Positions 45,565 to 55,521 of a stretch of 64,000 bases of DNA are shown here, in pieces; the stretch's first letter is position 1, and each line of letters begins with the position of its first letter. The notes beneath the pieces were generated by a model, which saw only the letters and a list, made by a program, of their open reading frames with translations, did not search any database and had not been told where the DNA came from. The position numbers and the translations under genes were made by a program. The stretch comes from a virus: IMG/VR virus record IMGVR_UViG_3300039210_000244, positions 1-64,000 of that record; one strand, written 5' to 3'.

Positions 45565-45592
45565 GCCCTACTCGTAACCGAGTGGGGCTTTT
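45565..45592 (+). terminator. Intrinsic terminator of the plus-strand moron
   Basis: GCCCTACTCG-TAAC-CGAGTGGGGC-TTTT. Confidence 0.7.
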
Positions 45593-45624
45593 CGTTCTGC
45601 GCTTACTTTGTTGTGCGGCGTGCA

Positions 45625-47760
45625 TCAGTTGAAAAACAGAGCCCCGCGACGCAACCGTGCATGGACGGGTGTGCTTGGGGGCGCCTGAGTTGTCGCGCTG
45701 GCGTTTGCCGTGTAGCTGGAGTTTCCGAAGCTATTCACGGCGCGCACACGGTAATAGTACGTCGTCGAAGCCGACAGACTGGTGTCAGTGTAGGCCGTCG
45801 CGTTACTGGCTGTCGTGAAGATCAACGTCCAGCCCGTCGATCCGTCTAAGCTGCGCTCAATCTCGAACCCGGTTTCATCGGAGGACGTGTCAACCCACGT
45901 TAAATCAATAGACGATGTGGTGAAAGACGGAGCCGCGAGCGTGTTCGGTGCGGTCGGGGCAGAGCCGGTGCCCGGTGAATAGGCATAGGCCCCAATGTCC
46001 CAGCTTGTGCGCGTTGCTCCAGTGATGTCGGTCGTGAAGTAAGCGGATAGGTCTTGCCCGGCACCAATAAGTGGTGATCCAGCGGTCGGTCGGGCATCCC
46101 ACGTTGAGGGGTTCCCCGAGGTACTGACTAATGCTGGATCAGCCCACAGGCTATTCAGGTCCACGCCGCGTTTAGTTTGCCAAGCCGCGAGGGTATTATA
46201 TGTGGTGTCGTAAATTGCCCGAGCTGCATTACCTCCGTAGAACAAGTTATTGTCTGACGTGAAGTCGGTTATCTGATCGGCTTGAATAGTAACAACCACG
46301 TCAGCGAAGTTTCTAAAAAACGCATTGTTCCTAATATCAACCAATTGGTGCTGATTAACATTAGACTCTACCCCTAAACCACGGTTTGATCCTACGAAAG
46401 TATTATTCCATATTCGGACAACAGAAGCCATCCCGGGCGAGGCAAAACCCACGTCAATATACTCCGAATTGTGGTCGTCCAGAAAAAGACAGTTGTATAT
46501 GTCCACGCTTGGACCTTGGCTGACATAAATTGATGCCGTTCCTCCATTGCTGGTCTGGTCGGAATAAAATTTCGAGTTACGAATGACGATATTATCCCAC
46601 GTCGAGACGAGTCCCGTCGTCCTTAGAAAAATCCCGTCTTGGTGAGGCTTTTCCCCAAACCCCTGCCAATTAGGGCTATCAAACTCTTTGTAATCATGGA
46701 ACGTGCAACCGTCAATTAATATGTTCCTAAACGTAGCTCCCGTAGTGTGGACCGCGATGTCGATTAACCAATGTACATAGTTGTGAAACGTGCATCCTAA
46801 AACCGATATGTCGGATATTGTTGCAGACGACTTAATTCCTACTGGATTAGCCATGCGTGTAAAATCACAGCCAGAAATGGTAATCCCAGTGTTGTTTTCC
46901 AGGGCAACCCCACTACCTGTAACGCTATTCCCGCCATCCATAGGAATTATGGGCTGCCACTGCCCAATTTCAGAAAATGTACAGTTGCTAATCGTGACGT
47001 TTGACCCACCTGACGCTAAATAGACTCCACCTCCACCCGGTGGAGTTATAACCGGTCTCCAGCCATAAACTGTACCTGTACCGGCAGCCGTAAGGTCGAA
47101 CTGAGAGCCCCCGCTTAGGGTTGAAATAGTAAACTCTGTCGGAGAAATAACCGACTGGACATAGTACGGTTTTGCGCTTGTTCCAGAGCCGACTTCACGA
47201 GTCAAAGGGGTTGGAAAAGTCCCACCGCCGACGGTGAATTTCACGGTGTTTCCGACAGACAGCCCGTGCGCCGTTGCGGTCGCAAAGCTGTTGGCCGTTA
47301 TGTCGATTGTGCACGCTTGTCCCGATGCCCAAATTGGGTCTGTTTCGGCATACCCACCGATATTGTAGTATGCAAAACCAGTGATAACAACATTGCTCTT
47401 TGCCGCGCCTCCGTCGGTGAACGCATTTGCGACAACGTTGTTTGACGTTATTACTGCCCTTGTACCCGCCCCCCACGTACTTCCGTCATAGGTAATAGGA
47501 CTTGCGGCGCTTCCGCTGGAAAGTGTGAGCCCGGCCGAACCTACAACATAAGAAACGTCGTTCTTAAATTGTACTGTATCACCAGCTAAAAATGTCGTAG
47601 ATGAAGCGAGACCTGTGGCTAGCGGGTCGCCATGACAGTGTTTCCAGGGCGTGGAGGTCGTAGTTCCGTTTGCGGAATCAGAACCGGTCGCGTAATCGAC
47701 GTAGTATGTAGATGCCGAAACGGTCGCGAACGACAATAGGAATATAATTATGGCGCGCAT
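45625..47760 (-). CDS. Parallel beta-helix (pectate-lyase-like) protein with C-terminal FN3 domain and signal-peptide-like N-terminus
   Basis: TYYVD...GSDSANGT...PWK, repeated I.NC.F turns, SPLIGAG...DIGAY, FN3 (IDLTW...YYYRVRAVN); AT-richer core. Confidence 0.8.
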   Translation of the reverse strand: MRAIIIFLLSFATVSASTYYVDYATGSDSANGTTTSTPWKHCHGDPLATGLASSTTFLAGDTVQFKNDVSYVVGSAGLTLSSGSAASPITYDGSTWGAGTRAVITSNNVVANAFTDGGAAKSNVVITGFAYYNIGGYAETDPIWASGQACTIDITANSFATATAHGLSVGNTVKFTVGGGTFPTPLTREVGSGTSAKPYYVQSVISPTEFTISTLSGGSQFDLTAAGTGTVYGWRPVITPPGGGGVYLASGGSNVTISNCTFSEIGQWQPIIPMDGGNSVTGSGVALENNTGITISGCDFTRMANPVGIKSSATISDISVLGCTFHNYVHWLIDIAVHTTGATFRNILIDGCTFHDYKEFDSPNWQGFGEKPHQDGIFLRTTGLVSTWDNIVIRNSKFYSDQTSNGGTASIYVSQGPSVDIYNCLFLDDHNSEYIDVGFASPGMASVVRIWNNTFVGSNRGLGVESNVNQHQLVDIRNNAFFRNFADVVVTIQADQITDFTSDNNLFYGGNAARAIYDTTYNTLAAWQTKRGVDLNSLWADPALVSTSGNPSTWDARPTAGSPLIGAGQDLSAYFTTDITGATRTSWDIGAYAYSPGTGSAPTAPNTLAAPSFTTSSIDLTWVDTSSDETGFEIERSLDGSTGWTLIFTTASNATAYTDTSLSASTTYYYRVRAVNSFGNSSYTANASATTQAPPSTPVHARLRRGALFFN

Positions 47761-47761
47761 T

Positions 47762-49846
47762 TTAATAGAGCAGGTAGTACGCATTAACGTTATTCCGAAG
47801 CGTTGCTTCATCAGCGCCTAGGGTCGTAAGCGAAGCGTTGAACCAAATGTCCTCGCTTACGTCTGCCAGCGGACTAAGCGTCGCACTCCCCAATCGTAAT
47901 TCTGACGGGGCGTTATCTCCCGCTGTTCCAACAGTGGGGCTACCTGCGTTCACCTGAAGACTGTCATTTATTCCGGTCTCAAAATATGCGGTAACAACAT
48001 ATTGCGATCCTATGGAGTATGCCGTCGTGTTAGTGAGGTTTGCCCCAGACGAGATTAAGAAGGTGTTTCCAGTGTTTTGCTTGAGACCTGTCCGAATTGC
48101 ACCACCTCCGCTCACAATCGAATCCAATGCGGTCGTTGAGTTGTTGGTCACGACCGCAAAGACAGTAATAGGAAGCGTTGGAGAGAGGGCCGCTGTAACA
48201 ATCGTATCGTCTGTTCCGTCCAAACTGACTTTCGCGTGACCGTGCGCGTCCACAATCACCGTGCCCGCTGAGACGATCTTAGGCTGTGCAGTTGTGGTTG
48301 CTTGCGTTTGGTTTCTTCCATTTGTGGTTTGATCATACCGCGTCACGACAAAGCCGTCCGTTCCAGCGCAGAAAGCAGCAAGTGCAGTCGTGTCTAAGTC
48401 TTCACCTGAAAATCCGATGTCCTGTTCGGTGTTATCGCTCGCGCGCCGAACACGAATAGCTGAACCAGCATAGGCCGCGCGCAACTTGCGAAGACTATAT
48501 GCCGCGTAAGCCGAGGTAGAGATTGCATCTAGCGCGTAAGTGGACGCGGATATTGTGTAAGCAGCCGATGCAACCGCGCTGTCTTCGTAATACGGCGGGC
48601 CATCAATATACCCCGTCGCCTGCACGGTCTGAGTCGTGCTGACGGTGATCGCTGAGGTGTAGTCAGACCCAGCCGAACGCGACGGAGTCGTCACACCATC
48701 GACCGAATATTTCTGTCCCGTCGCCGTGCCGTAGTCGATAGTCACAGTCTGCGCCGACGAGTAGGTGCCTGCGGGAGGGGAGAACGTGGGCGTCGGTACC
48801 GTGCCAGCTCCAACAATCGTCGGGGTCACGCCGCCGCCGAGTCCAGTGACAGTCGGCGTCCCGTTCGTGCCATCCGCAGCTAACCAATTCGTCGGCAGAT
48901 TGCCGAGGTCCGCCGTGACCCACCATCCGCCCGTTCCTACCGGGACTGATCCTGCGACTACGCCGGCAATCTGAGTGTCAACATAAGCGGTGCTCGCTTT
49001 GGTATCTAATGCCGACTGAGTTGCGGTCGAAACAGGAAGTGATCCAGCCGTGACCTTCTTCTTCGCATTCAATGCCGCCGCATCTTCGATCACCAGTAGA
49101 TCGCTCGTCGTTGGTGTCGTCTTGCTGGCAATACCGCTGATTTCGCCAGAGGCGTTGACGTGTATCGCATTGGTGTCAGTGCCGCCACCGCCACCCGCGC
49201 CTAGCTGCTGTAATGCCGCTTCGACGTTGTCGGTCGTGAAATAGCTGCCTGCATCGACGATGGGTAAGTCTGCTCCGGTTACAACCGTGTCGTCCAAGAA
49301 CAGCGTTGAGCCGGCGTCTGGCGTCCAAACGCGAAACGTGTGATTCCCGACCGGGACGGCGATCGTCGTTGCGCCAAGGGCCGTCGTGCTGCCGTTGCGA
49401 TAGACCGTGCCGCCTGCGGCAGAGATCGTGAGCGTGACCGGGACTGTTGCGCTAACCTGGACGACGCCGCCTCGGCCTGCGGTGTAGGCGCTATTCGCGA
49501 TCGTCAGTGTCTTAGGGCTGCTGCTCCATGTCACAGGGTTGATCGGCCATGGAGCTGATCCAAGCGTGAGCGTGTCGCTGACAAGCAAGCTAACGGTGAG
49601 CGCGGGCGCCGCGCCGACGTCTGACAGCGTTACCGACACGTCTCCGCTGAGTGCGTGGCCGTTGACTGTGCGCGAGGTTGGCACACTGGCAGCCGCCGCC
49701 GCATTCGCCTTCGTGGTTGCGTCGGAAGCCGCGGTCGAGATCGCGTCGGCCTTCGCCGTGTCCACATAAGCAGTTGTCGCCGTTTTCTGAACCGTCTGAC
49801 CAAAGAGCGGTAGCGCCAGCGTGAGAAAAACAAGGATACGTTTCAT
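47762..49846 (-). CDS. Fibre/decoration-like protein with FN3-associated and LamG/lectin-like C-terminal domains
   Basis: VPTSRTVNGHALSGDV fibre repeat, PTFSPPAGTY, AYSLRKLRAAYAGSAIRVRR...YDQ. Confidence 0.7.
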   Translation of the reverse strand: MKRILVFLTLALPLFGQTVQKTATTAYVDTAKADAISTAASDATTKANAAAAASVPTSRTVNGHALSGDVSVTLSDVGAAPALTVSLLVSDTLTLGSAPWPINPVTWSSSPKTLTIANSAYTAGRGGVVQVSATVPVTLTISAAGGTVYRNGSTTALGATTIAVPVGNHTFRVWTPDAGSTLFLDDTVVTGADLPIVDAGSYFTTDNVEAALQQLGAGGGGGTDTNAIHVNASGEISGIASKTTPTTSDLLVIEDAAALNAKKKVTAGSLPVSTATQSALDTKASTAYVDTQIAGVVAGSVPVGTGGWWVTADLGNLPTNWLAADGTNGTPTVTGLGGGVTPTIVGAGTVPTPTFSPPAGTYSSAQTVTIDYGTATGQKYSVDGVTTPSRSAGSDYTSAITVSTTQTVQATGYIDGPPYYEDSAVASAAYTISASTYALDAISTSAYAAYSLRKLRAAYAGSAIRVRRASDNTEQDIGFSGEDLDTTALAAFCAGTDGFVVTRYDQTTNGRNQTQATTTAQPKIVSAGTVIVDAHGHAKVSLDGTDDTIVTAALSPTLPITVFAVVTNNSTTALDSIVSGGGAIRTGLKQNTGNTFLISSGANLTNTTAYSIGSQYVVTAYFETGINDSLQVNAGSPTVGTAGDNAPSELRLGSATLSPLADVSEDIWFNASLTTLGADEATLRNNVNAYYLLY

Positions 49847-49850
49847 AGGG

Positions 49851-50708
49851 TTACATTCCAAAATTTACGGGGTAGGTTGAGCGGAGCGGATTCCACTTGG
49901 TCCCGTCGTGATATAGCTCGAACAGCGCGTCATCGCCCGACGCGTCGGTTTCGATCGAGTAAAGCGTGTCGCCGGTCGTGTTCTTAATCGTGATGATTAC
50001 TCCAGCCGTCGCAGGGAGGCGGAACATCAATTCGAGTTTGTTTGCCGCCGCGCGCGTCGCCGATGTTTCATCATCGACCGTCAACAGAGCAGCCCCAGCC
50101 GCGAGTGAGACGGTGACGATTTCAAGATGCCGGTGGGCATTCGCATCTGCGATTACGGTCGCGTCTCCAGCCGCCCACGTCTGCACGTGGAATCCGTCGG
50201 GAACACTTCCAGCTGTAACTACGCCGACCGGAGTGCCATCGCTCGCCATGTTCACTTCGCAGAGCAGCTTGAACGGCTGCTGCGCGAACGTGTAGCGGGT
50301 CACGACGCCGGTTCCATCGGACGATGAAATTTCGACCTCGAAAAAAACAGTGATGTAGCGGTCGGACGAAACAGGAATGGAGTCCACCAGCGCCAGTATT
50401 TCGGTTGTGTTCAGGTTCAGCCGCGTCGTCGCAACGTCGGCCACGAGCGTGTACGCACCGGATACCGCCAGCAGAGCGCCATCGCTGGTGTACCGTCGCA
50501 AACCAACCCGCATCTCCGTTCCCGCCGGCAGAACGCTCCCCGTCACCTTTGTCGGGGTCGATCCCGTGGCCCCGGCGGTGAACACGATTTCGAGATCCAT
50601 GATGTCCCCCGCATACAACTGCGCCATGAGGTTTGCTGGCACGGCGCCGTCGCCGAACGAGCGCGTGAGCACAGCTGTTGGGATGTCGATGGTGAAACGT
50701 GGGAGCAT
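49851..50708 (-). CDS. Putative structural protein (BppU-like fibre attachment)
   Basis: Beta-rich, LNLNTTEI...FFEVEI; upstream of the fibre-like genes. Confidence 0.45.
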   Translation of the reverse strand: MLPRFTIDIPTAVLTRSFGDGAVPANLMAQLYAGDIMDLEIVFTAGATGSTPTKVTGSVLPAGTEMRVGLRRYTSDGALLAVSGAYTLVADVATTRLNLNTTEILALVDSIPVSSDRYITVFFEVEISSSDGTGVVTRYTFAQQPFKLLCEVNMASDGTPVGVVTAGSVPDGFHVQTWAAGDATVIADANAHRHLEIVTVSLAAGAALLTVDDETSATRAAANKLELMFRLPATAGVIITIKNTTGDTLYSIETDASGDDALFELYHDGTKWNPLRSTYPVNFGM

Positions 50709-50807
50709 AGCGCGTCGGGATCAGTCCCTACTGCGCAAGCCAATGAATCCACGAAGCCTGTCGAGAAATACGCTGTTTATTCTTCCGTGATACCTAACTG
50801 AGAGCGT

Positions 50808-51158
50808 TCATGTGCGTGCCTTTGCTTTCTCAATCTTGCGTCCAATGCGGCGCTTCCGTTGGGCTTCCTCACCATCGCAGCAACTCCCGCAGAAGTGATA
50901 CGGCGCGTGGCCGAAGTCTAGACACTCGCCCGCGCTCCATTCGTTATACCAGTCACCGCAAACCTCACACCGCTCAACGTGGTCAGTGACTTGCCAGTCT
51001 TGATTGCCGAGAAACCAGATCACCGTTGCGGCTTGCTCTGGCGTGAGCTTTGGCATGTGGGCTGGCACGATCACGTGCCCTTCCTGCACTTCACCCTGCA
51101 AGAAGCTAAACAGCTCCTCTGTGTTCTTTCTGTCGAGTTCGTTTTGGTCGGCTCTCAT
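50808..51158 (-). CDS. Hypothetical protein with Zn-finger-like CxxC pairs
   Basis: CEVC...CGSC; ATGA overlap. Confidence 0.6.
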   Translation of the reverse strand: MRADQNELDRKNTEELFSFLQGEVQEGHVIVPAHMPKLTPEQAATVIWFLGNQDWQVTDHVERCEVCGDWYNEWSAGECLDFGHAPYHFCGSCCDGEEAQRKRRIGRKIEKAKART

Positions 51159-51496
51159 CGCCCCACCTCGTCGAGTAGTTGCGACGCTGCTGCCCGGCAT
51201 CGGTCGAGCTCGCGCATGTGCACGAGCGTTGGCTTCGCGTCGTCCTCGACGATTCGAGCGGCAGCACTGGCGAGATTGCGCAGTGCCTCAGCCAGCTTAG
51301 ACGCTAGTACACTGGCGGCATCATACGCGGCGGTCTGCTTCTGCCACTGATCTCTCCAGTACGCGACCGCTGGCACCGCGTCGTTTGCACTGCGCGCTTC
51401 GGTGATGATCGCTTCGAGTTCAGGCACCAACGCAATTGCCTCGGGCATGTTCACGTCGTCGGCGATCGCGCAGATATGCTCGGCGAGATTTTTCAT
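51155..51496 (-). CDS. Hypothetical protein
   Basis: Preceded by the leader repeat. Confidence 0.6.
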   Translation of the reverse strand: MKNLAEHICAIADDVNMPEAIALVPELEAIITEARSANDAVPAVAYWRDQWQKQTAAYDAASVLASKLAEALRNLASAAARIVEDDAKPTLVHMRELDRCRAAASQLLDEVGR

Positions 51497-51530
51497 TTTC
51501 GTTTCGGGTTCGGGTTTCGTTTCGGGAAAT

Positions 51531-51809
51531 TTAGCCGACGGGTAAAGACCGCGCCGGCGGTTGGACTGTGATGGGTTTTATCTCATCGGAAGTGACTTGG
51601 AAATAGAGCTGCCCGCGCTGGCTGATCATACCGATCCGCACGAGCGCACCCATCAGGTTCTCGAACTGCGGGAGCGTGCATCCTTGCGACAAGAGCGCCG
51701 CGTAGAGCACACCGGCCGGAGCGCCGAAGGGACCGGCGGCTTTCACGCCTTCGATCACGGCATCACAGACCGCCTTCAGAGCGGCGTTTTGTTGGGGAGT
51801 AGGGTTCAT
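51531..51809 (-). CDS. Hypothetical phage protein (winged-helix-like)
   Basis: GAPAGVLYAAL...LVRIGMI; preceded by the leader repeat. Confidence 0.65.
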   Translation of the reverse strand: MNPTPQQNAALKAVCDAVIEGVKAAGPFGAPAGVLYAALLSQGCTLPQFENLMGALVRIGMISQRGQLYFQVTSDEIKPITVQPPARSLPVG

Positions 51810-51846
51810 GTCTTTTCGGGTTCGGTTCGGGTTGCTGACGGAGAAT

Positions 51847-52047
51847 TTACCGCGGGCAGTAGCCGTGTTTTGACAGCGCCCGGCGCACTTCTTCGAGTGC
51901 GCCCATCATCTGATACGCCTCTTCTTTGTCGCAGGCGTTGTCGGTGTGTCTGAGTACCGTGTCGTAACCTACGCGCTTCAGGAATTGGGCGAGCGCATGG
52001 CGTTCGTCTTCGGTAAGGTCCGCGGTAAGGATAAGTGGATTTTCCAT
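51847..52047 (-). CDS. Small conserved hypothetical protein
   Basis: ALAQFLKRVGY...EAY...VRRALSKHGYCPR. Confidence 0.7.
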   Translation of the reverse strand: MENPLILTADLTEDERHALAQFLKRVGYDTVLRHTDNACDKEEAYQMMGALEEVRRALSKHGYCPR

Positions 52048-52063
52048 GGTAGTGTTCGGTTGG

Positions 52064-52597
52064 TCAGCTCTGCTTCTCTAACTTGAAATATCCACTCGGC
52101 GCCGCCTGAACCGCCAGCGAGGTGAAGAGCTCCAGCCCTTTCTTGCGTGAGTCACCGTGCAGACACCAATCGCGGATCTCCGGCATGATCTTCGGAACCG
52201 CGTACTGCAGCAGGTTGTTCTCTGCGATGATTTGAAGATGCTCGGCCATCAGCGCCGGACAGGCACCATCCGGACCGGTGAACCCATGCGCACGGTGTTC
52301 CTTGTCGCACTCAGCGAACCACGGCGTCGTTTGCGAATCCGGCGCGAGCCAGATGTATTTCATGTCGGTGATGACCTCGCCCAGCTTCTCGCCACGGGCG
52401 ACGTTCTTCGGATCGACCGTGAACGTGTAGAGCTCGAACAGCGGTTGAATGTAGGCGTCAACGCGCTCGCGTTCGAGTTGGGCGAAGGCTTTGGCCATCG
52501 CGTACGCCTTCACGCAGGCCCAGAACGTCGGGTCTTTGGCGAAGGCTTTGAGCTTCGGGATAGTGAGCGGAGAGGACTTCGTTTCGGTGGTTGTCAT
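52064..52597 (-). CDS. Hypothetical protein
   Basis: First gene after the promoter motif (~52615-52667) and leader repeat. Confidence 0.65.
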   Translation of the reverse strand: MTTTETKSSPLTIPKLKAFAKDPTFWACVKAYAMAKAFAQLERERVDAYIQPLFELYTFTVDPKNVARGEKLGEVITDMKYIWLAPDSQTTPWFAECDKEHRAHGFTGPDGACPALMAEHLQIIAENNLLQYAVPKIMPEIRDWCLHGDSRKKGLELFTSLAVQAAPSGYFKLEKQS

Positions 52598-52725
52598 TTC
52601 GGGTTCGGGTTCTAACTGGAACGATCTAAGAAGATCATAAAGGCCGGTTAGTGTAAAGATAAAAAAGAACTAAGTTTCGTCGTCCGCCACGCACTCGTCG
52701 TTAATTCGGGTTTAGGTTAAAACGC

Positions 52726-53187
52726 TCAGTAGCCTGCACGACGCAGTAGCGCCCATGCCGACTCGTCACCTGCTCCCCACGCTTTCTCTGCACTCCAGCC
52801 GTACTTCTGTCCAGTCGCCTGAACATGTGGCGACTCACGCAGCCGCTTTTCATCGGCCTCCTGCCTAGCGTCGTCGGCTTCGCGCTGCTTTGCTCGTTCG
52901 ATCTGTCCAGCGATATCTTCGGGCATTTCTCGGAGGCCCACCAACCACGCATTTTTTTCAACGAAGCAGTTGCCGGGAAGGCGTTCGCGAAGTTCCGAGA
53001 TCAAATCGCGCAGTCGCGCCCATGCATCCGGCCTCGTCTTCCAGTATTCAGTAAACCTCGCATGAAAGCGGGCGGGCGCATCATGCGCTTCGGAAGCCGG
53101 GAGCACAATGCTTTGGGACGGCATTGCGTTGTTTATTTCGCCGAGCGGCGAGTATTGATAGGTCAGAGACGGCGTGAAAATTTCCAT
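52726..53187 (-). CDS. Hypothetical protein
   Basis: ORF with start reassigned to ATG 53187. Confidence 0.55.
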   Translation of the reverse strand: MEIFTPSLTYQYSPLGEINNAMPSQSIVLPASEAHDAPARFHARFTEYWKTRPDAWARLRDLISELRERLPGNCFVEKNAWLVGLREMPEDIAGQIERAKQREADDARQEADEKRLRESPHVQATGQKYGWSAEKAWGAGDESAWALLRRAGY

Positions 53188-53227
53188 GTTGGGTGGGCGG
53201 TTGAGGTTGAGACCTGCGAGGACGTGG

Positions 53228-53725
53228 TTAAACCCGCGCCATCTGGAGCGCAAGAGCTTCGACGGCCCAGGTCTCGCGCTTCGCTTCGTACGCGCGGATG
53301 TAGCAGCCACGGTCAGCGAGGTCGTTGGCCGTAACCCACATTTCGCCTCTCTCGTGCTGGAGGTACTTGCCATTGCTCAGGATCAGCGCGTTTCCCTCGG
53401 CTACGATCGTGACCGCGTTGCGGATCTCTTCGAAGTGCGGAGCGGCGTGGACCTCATCGACCTCGCGCGTGGTCTCCACACGGACGCTCTGACCCCAGTG
53501 GTAGTCGGTCTCGTCCGATTGCGCAGTGTGGAACGGCTTCGCGAACGCCTTCACCTTGGCCAAGTCAACCGAGGCATCGCGGACGGTGATCCGGAGCCCG
53601 GGATAGCCATCGGACGAGACTGTGACCTGCCGGGCATTGTAGCCGAGATTGGCTTTGATCAGCTGGCGGAGAGCTTCTGGCGTTACGCGTTCGCTGCTGG
53701 AGCGGGTAAGTGTTTCGGTTGTCAT
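53228..53725 (-). CDS. Hypothetical protein
   Basis: First gene after the promoter motif (~53748-53800); GYNARQVTV. Confidence 0.65.
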   Translation of the reverse strand: MTTETLTRSSSERVTPEALRQLIKANLGYNARQVTVSSDGYPGLRITVRDASVDLAKVKAFAKPFHTAQSDETDYHWGQSVRVETTREVDEVHAAPHFEEIRNAVTIVAEGNALILSNGKYLQHERGEMWVTANDLADRGCYIRAYEAKRETWAVEALALQMARV

Positions 53726-53832
53726 GTTCTATTCGGGTTCGGGTTAATCTGACTACCCAAATAGAAGAACAGAAATCCGTGTTAATGTAAAGAGGAAAAA
53801 CAAATAAATCGAAAGTATTTTCGCCGGTCTTT

Positions 53833-54240
53833 TCAGCGACCAAGCTCCGGGTTCAGCTCGCACAGCCGTTCATACGCGCCTTTGTCCGCCGGGCACTCGA
53901 CGTAATCGACGCTCCAGCTAAATCCGTTGTGAAACGTCTGCACTTTCTCATCGGTGAAGCAGCCGCGCTCCTCGCTCCATTTCGATTCCGAGCAGAGCAC
54001 CGACGGCGTGACGTTGATCCTGCCAACGCATCCGAACATCACCGGCCGCGCCACGACGTAGCACCATGCCGCGCCGTTGTGCGTATCCGGCTTAGGATGG
54101 CCCTGGCTATACGCTGGCAGCCGCAGGTTCATCAGATGGCCTGCGCGTGGCCCGGCGGTGGGTAGGGCAGCGACGTGCAGCCATTCCTTGCCGTCGGGAT
54201 CTCGCTTCAAAACAGCAGTGCCTTTGATCTCGTCGCTCAT
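53833..54240 (-). CDS. Hypothetical protein
   Basis: ORF in the dominant orientation. Confidence 0.55.
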   Translation of the reverse strand: MSDEIKGTAVLKRDPDGKEWLHVAALPTAGPRAGHLMNLRLPAYSQGHPKPDTHNGAAWCYVVARPVMFGCVGRINVTPSVLCSESKWSEERGCFTDEKVQTFHNGFSWSVDYVECPADKGAYERLCELNPELGR

Positions 54241-54291
54241 GTCCGCAGCACAGAGCCGTGGCCGAGTCGGTCAAACTTCTGACCAAACAAA

Positions 54292-54636
54292 TCACTGCCG
54301 AGGCATCACGTCGAGGTACGGGCCTCCGGAGCCAGCGCCCGTCAGGTGGATCGAGTACGCGACGCGACCGTGCGGCTTCTGCGTCGGCCATCCGTCATGA
54401 TAGTATTTATCGTCAACCTCACGATCGACGCACACGAAGCAGCCGCCCACCGCGTCCCGCATCGCCCGGACCAACGTCAGGGCATCGACCGCGAGCTCGG
54501 TCCACGGGATCGCTACGAGATCCATGTCTCGCGTGTTCGTGCCGTGCGTCGCCAGCGCGTAACCGTGGGCGCGTGCGACCTCTGAGAGCTGAGGGTAGAG
54601 CACCACATACGCCGCCGTTATCGACGCGGGTTTCAC
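54292..54636 (-). CDS. Conserved hypothetical phage protein (nucleotidyltransferase-like HG...RD.D motif)
   Basis: ARAHGYALATHGTNTRDMDLVAIPW...KPHGR. Confidence 0.65.
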   Translation of the reverse strand: MKPASITAAYVVLYPQLSEVARAHGYALATHGTNTRDMDLVAIPWTELAVDALTLVRAMRDAVGGCFVCVDREVDDKYYHDGWPTQKPHGRVAYSIHLTGAGSGGPYLDVMPRQ

Positions 54637-55490
54637 TCGTAGAACGATTCAGGAACGATCACCCCGCCGTGGTTGGGGTGAAATTCCAGCTCATCGACGC
54701 GCTGCGCATCTACCCCTGTTATGTTGCACGTGGGCCTCCCGTCGAACGTCGGAATACCTGGCTCTACCGCTTGGCAACCCACCACGCACACCGTCTTCAC
54801 GACAGCCGACTCTTTGATTGCCTGCATGGTCCCCTGATCGACCGCCCGGCCGATCTCCGTTCGGGCGATCGTCGGAATGCGTGCACTTGCGATCTCCGGA
54901 ATGGACGATCGAACTGCGTCCACCGTTTCACGGATCGTCAGGCCGTCGGCCATCGACTGCTGAATCACCCGGTTGAGGTTGGCCTTCGTGGTGTCGTTGA
55001 TCCGCGTGACCTGCTGCGCAAGCGTGATCGACCGGCGGAGGATGATCGAACTAGCATCGTGCACCGCTTCCTCGCCGAGAAAAGTAACCGTTCGATCGTA
55101 CGCCTTGGCTGCCACGCTCTGCACCGCCGGCTGGTAGTCCATCACGAGCTCGATGTCCGCATCAGCTCCGAGAACTTCCTCGATCGCTTGCCGCCAGAGT
55201 GCTTCGTGAGCGCCAAGGTGGATGTCGAGCTCTGCTGTCTTGGTCATCGGTACGTCAGCCGAGGCGTAGTGCGCCCGCTGTTCGAACCATGTGCATACCG
55301 CCTCGATCTTCTGCGTGAAAAAGTTATGCAAGATCCGCGAAAGGTTACGCTGACCGGCGATCATCAATTGCCGGCGGCTTCGGATCATGTCGCTGCGGAT
55401 ACGCGCGCGCTGAGCGTGCACCGCTTTCGCGCCGGCGTGGAGTGGAACTGACGACGTACGAAAGCACTTGAGCTGACGCGCGGCGTTCAT
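54633..55490 (-). CDS. Head morphogenesis protein (SPP1 gp7/MuF-like)
   Basis: INDTTKANL...IARTEIGRA...HPNHGG; directly after portal. Confidence 0.85.
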   Translation of the reverse strand: MNAARQLKCFRTSSVPLHAGAKAVHAQRARIRSDMIRSRRQLMIAGQRNLSRILHNFFTQKIEAVCTWFEQRAHYASADVPMTKTAELDIHLGAHEALWRQAIEEVLGADADIELVMDYQPAVQSVAAKAYDRTVTFLGEEAVHDASSIILRRSITLAQQVTRINDTTKANLNRVIQQSMADGLTIRETVDAVRSSIPEIASARIPTIARTEIGRAVDQGTMQAIKESAVVKTVCVVGCQAVEPGIPTFDGRPTCNITGVDAQRVDELEFHPNHGGVIVPESFYE

Positions 55491-55521
55491 TGGCCGGCGG
55501 CACGCGCAGGGCTCCGGAAGA

